From positions 248,001 through 312,000 of the forward strand of contig CP060767.1 in assembly GCA_023205875.1 (NCBI GenBank): a stretch of 64,000 bases of DNA. The letters run 5' to 3'. Under the pieces are notes generated by a model. That model did no database searches. It was not told the DNA's origin and was given only the letters and a program-made list of their open reading frames with translations. The position numbers were made by a program, and so were the translations under genes. The stretch is from Chloropicon primus (Eukaryota). Positions 62,235 to 64,000 of the stretch are shown here, in pieces. The first letter of the stretch is position 1; every line of letters begins with the position of its first letter.

Positions 62235-63087
62235 GGCGATGCCAATGACGATGCTGGTGCTGATGCTGGTCCCCTTCGTCCTCCTCTCTGGTTTGGCGGT
62301 CACTCGACTGGGCCACCTGGTCACTCGAAGGACACAAGAGACAAGAACCCAAGCAAGCCTTCGTGCGTTGAATCGAAAGCGGACCGAAACACGACGTCGT
62401 CGGTTACACGATCAGATACTTCGTAACGTCCACACGCACACGAACACGCACGCACGCACGCTCTCTCTCTCTCTCTCTCTCGTCCGTTCCTCTGTCCACG
62501 ACGCGATGCCCAAACGAAAAAAGAGAGTTGGCGATTTCAGTCGTCCGCAACATGCTGATCCGAGGGCCATTCGTCGCGATGAAGGATTCTTTTGAAAGAG
62601 GAAGAGGCGGACGTTACGATTCTTTCGCTCACCTTCCACCAACAAAACGTCGAAAGATGTACAAAAGAAACAAAAGAGATGCTCACCTCTCTCCGCTGTT
62701 CGCGTCGCGCGCTCCGCGTTCCTCGTCTGTCGCTCCTTCGTTTACACTCATCTAGGAATGAGTGTAATGGAGTTTCAGTTTTTTTTGAAAGTTTTCCCAG
62801 AGTCAAAGGTAGGCACGCTTGGGGCTTTGGAGGTGAAGGTAAGGGTCTTGGGCGATGCATTTGACCCCGAGGTCGTGAGGTGAAAGGATTGAGAGGCGTG
62901 TTGGACGAAAGAACTTGTCGTGAGGTTTCCAAAGAGCCTTTGGTCGAAGAATTTGGTCCAGAACTGAGAGACTGAGACCCTTTCACCTTGTCCTTGGTGT
63001 ACCTTGGTTTGGGGGCCTGTGTGTGGTCCAAGGTGGTCCAAGGTGTAGTCTTTGGAGGGTTAAGCGTCGGCTGAAGGGAGGGGGAGG

Positions 63088-63428
63088 ATGTCCATGGAGG
63101 CCGAGTACGAGAGGACCAGGGACAAGGCCCGGGCATACCTCTCAGCCATCGAAGAGCTCACACTATTTCGAGAACAAGTGTCTCAAAGCACAGAGGAGGG
63201 AAAGGAGGGACTGGAGAATGCTTTGGAGGTAAGTGAGCCCAGCCATTCACCACCGTCACTACGATCACCGTCTATGCGTCCTTCTCTCTCCTCATTCAGC
63301 ACAAAGTGAGTGTGTGAGTTTGAGTGAGGGCTCCTCTTCTCTCGGGAAGGAGGGGGACGAGACCTTGGTATTATGATTCCAACCATCCAAGCAGCAGGTG
63401 CTGCTGCTGCACCTCCTCCACCACCATC

Positions 63429-63481
<53 letters not shown>

Positions 63482-64000
63482 TGTCTGTGTGTGTGTGTGT
63501 GTTTGTGATGGAGAAGGTCGCTGTCACTGCTAGTAGCAAGTATGGGAAGAGCTTCACAGACTCACCACATGACTTTCGTTTCCTCCACCACCAACTCCTT
63601 CCTCGGGCAGGTTGCCATAGAACGCCTGAATGGCAAGTTCCACGACGTGGCCGGGGAGCTGGCTCACCGGATGAAAGAGATCGGGACTCATGGAGACTCG
63701 ATGAACCGGCGGTTGAAGCAGCAGGCTGACTTGTACTTCAGCTCCCGGGGTCCCTCCCAGGCTCTCAAGGCCGAGATAGAGGGGGAGTACTTGGAGTCCA
63801 AGCAAAGGAAGCCGAACGAGGAGCCCGAGAACGCGAGAATGGTTGGCAAGGGGCCCGACATGATGAGCGCGAGGCACAAGAACCCAGAACCCAAGAAGGT
63901 GTTGAAAAAGACCAGGGAGGACCTTGAGGAGAAGTTCGTGAACGATTTCAGCAAGCTTTCCATGTCCGAGCTGGACAAGGGCGTGATGAATATGCTGATC
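63088..64000 (+). CDS. 5' part of an uncharacterised protein (runs off the window)
   Basis: Exon1 63088-63228 (MSMEAEYERTRDKARAYL...ENALE); intron 63229-63610 (GTAAGT...GCAG, microsatellite-rich); exon2 63611 to the end is stop-free in phase (VAIERLNGKFHDVAGELAHRMKE...). Confidence 0.7.

Overview
Gene-dense, GC-rich, intron-poor eukaryotic DNA from a compact-genome green alga. Evidence: PGR5, plant-type GATA and HVA22 genes, GT-AG introns and microsatellite-rich spacers; a Chloropicon-like picoalga is my inference only. I can support about 26 protein-coding loci. Recognisable ones are V-ATPase subunit a, FES1, PGR5, POT1, NADP-GDH, a double-PZP chromatin protein, a GATA factor, the dynein-arm assembly factor CFAP300, ATP12, a sphingosine/DAG kinase, a cyanobacterial-type AMT, an HVA22/REEP protein and a decayed ankyrin-repeat gene. 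The most striking region is a 22-kb co-oriented block at 33.3-55.6 kb. Two giant paralogous receptor-type nucleotidyl cyclases (CUB/LRR/FnIII-like ectodomain, conserved RRLL site, three cyclase domains with split catalytic residues) bracket three paralogous membrane-anchored proteins carrying HH..H..HxH..H motifs reminiscent of copper monooxygenases. Both families show patchwork gene conversion. Also notable: a secreted redox-inactive thioredoxin + VHL-beta fusion, a recurrent CGTWACG motif near gene starts, and repeated short intergenic duplications. No rRNA, tRNA, CRISPR array or intact transposon was seen. Family calls come from motif recognition by eye, not from database searches.
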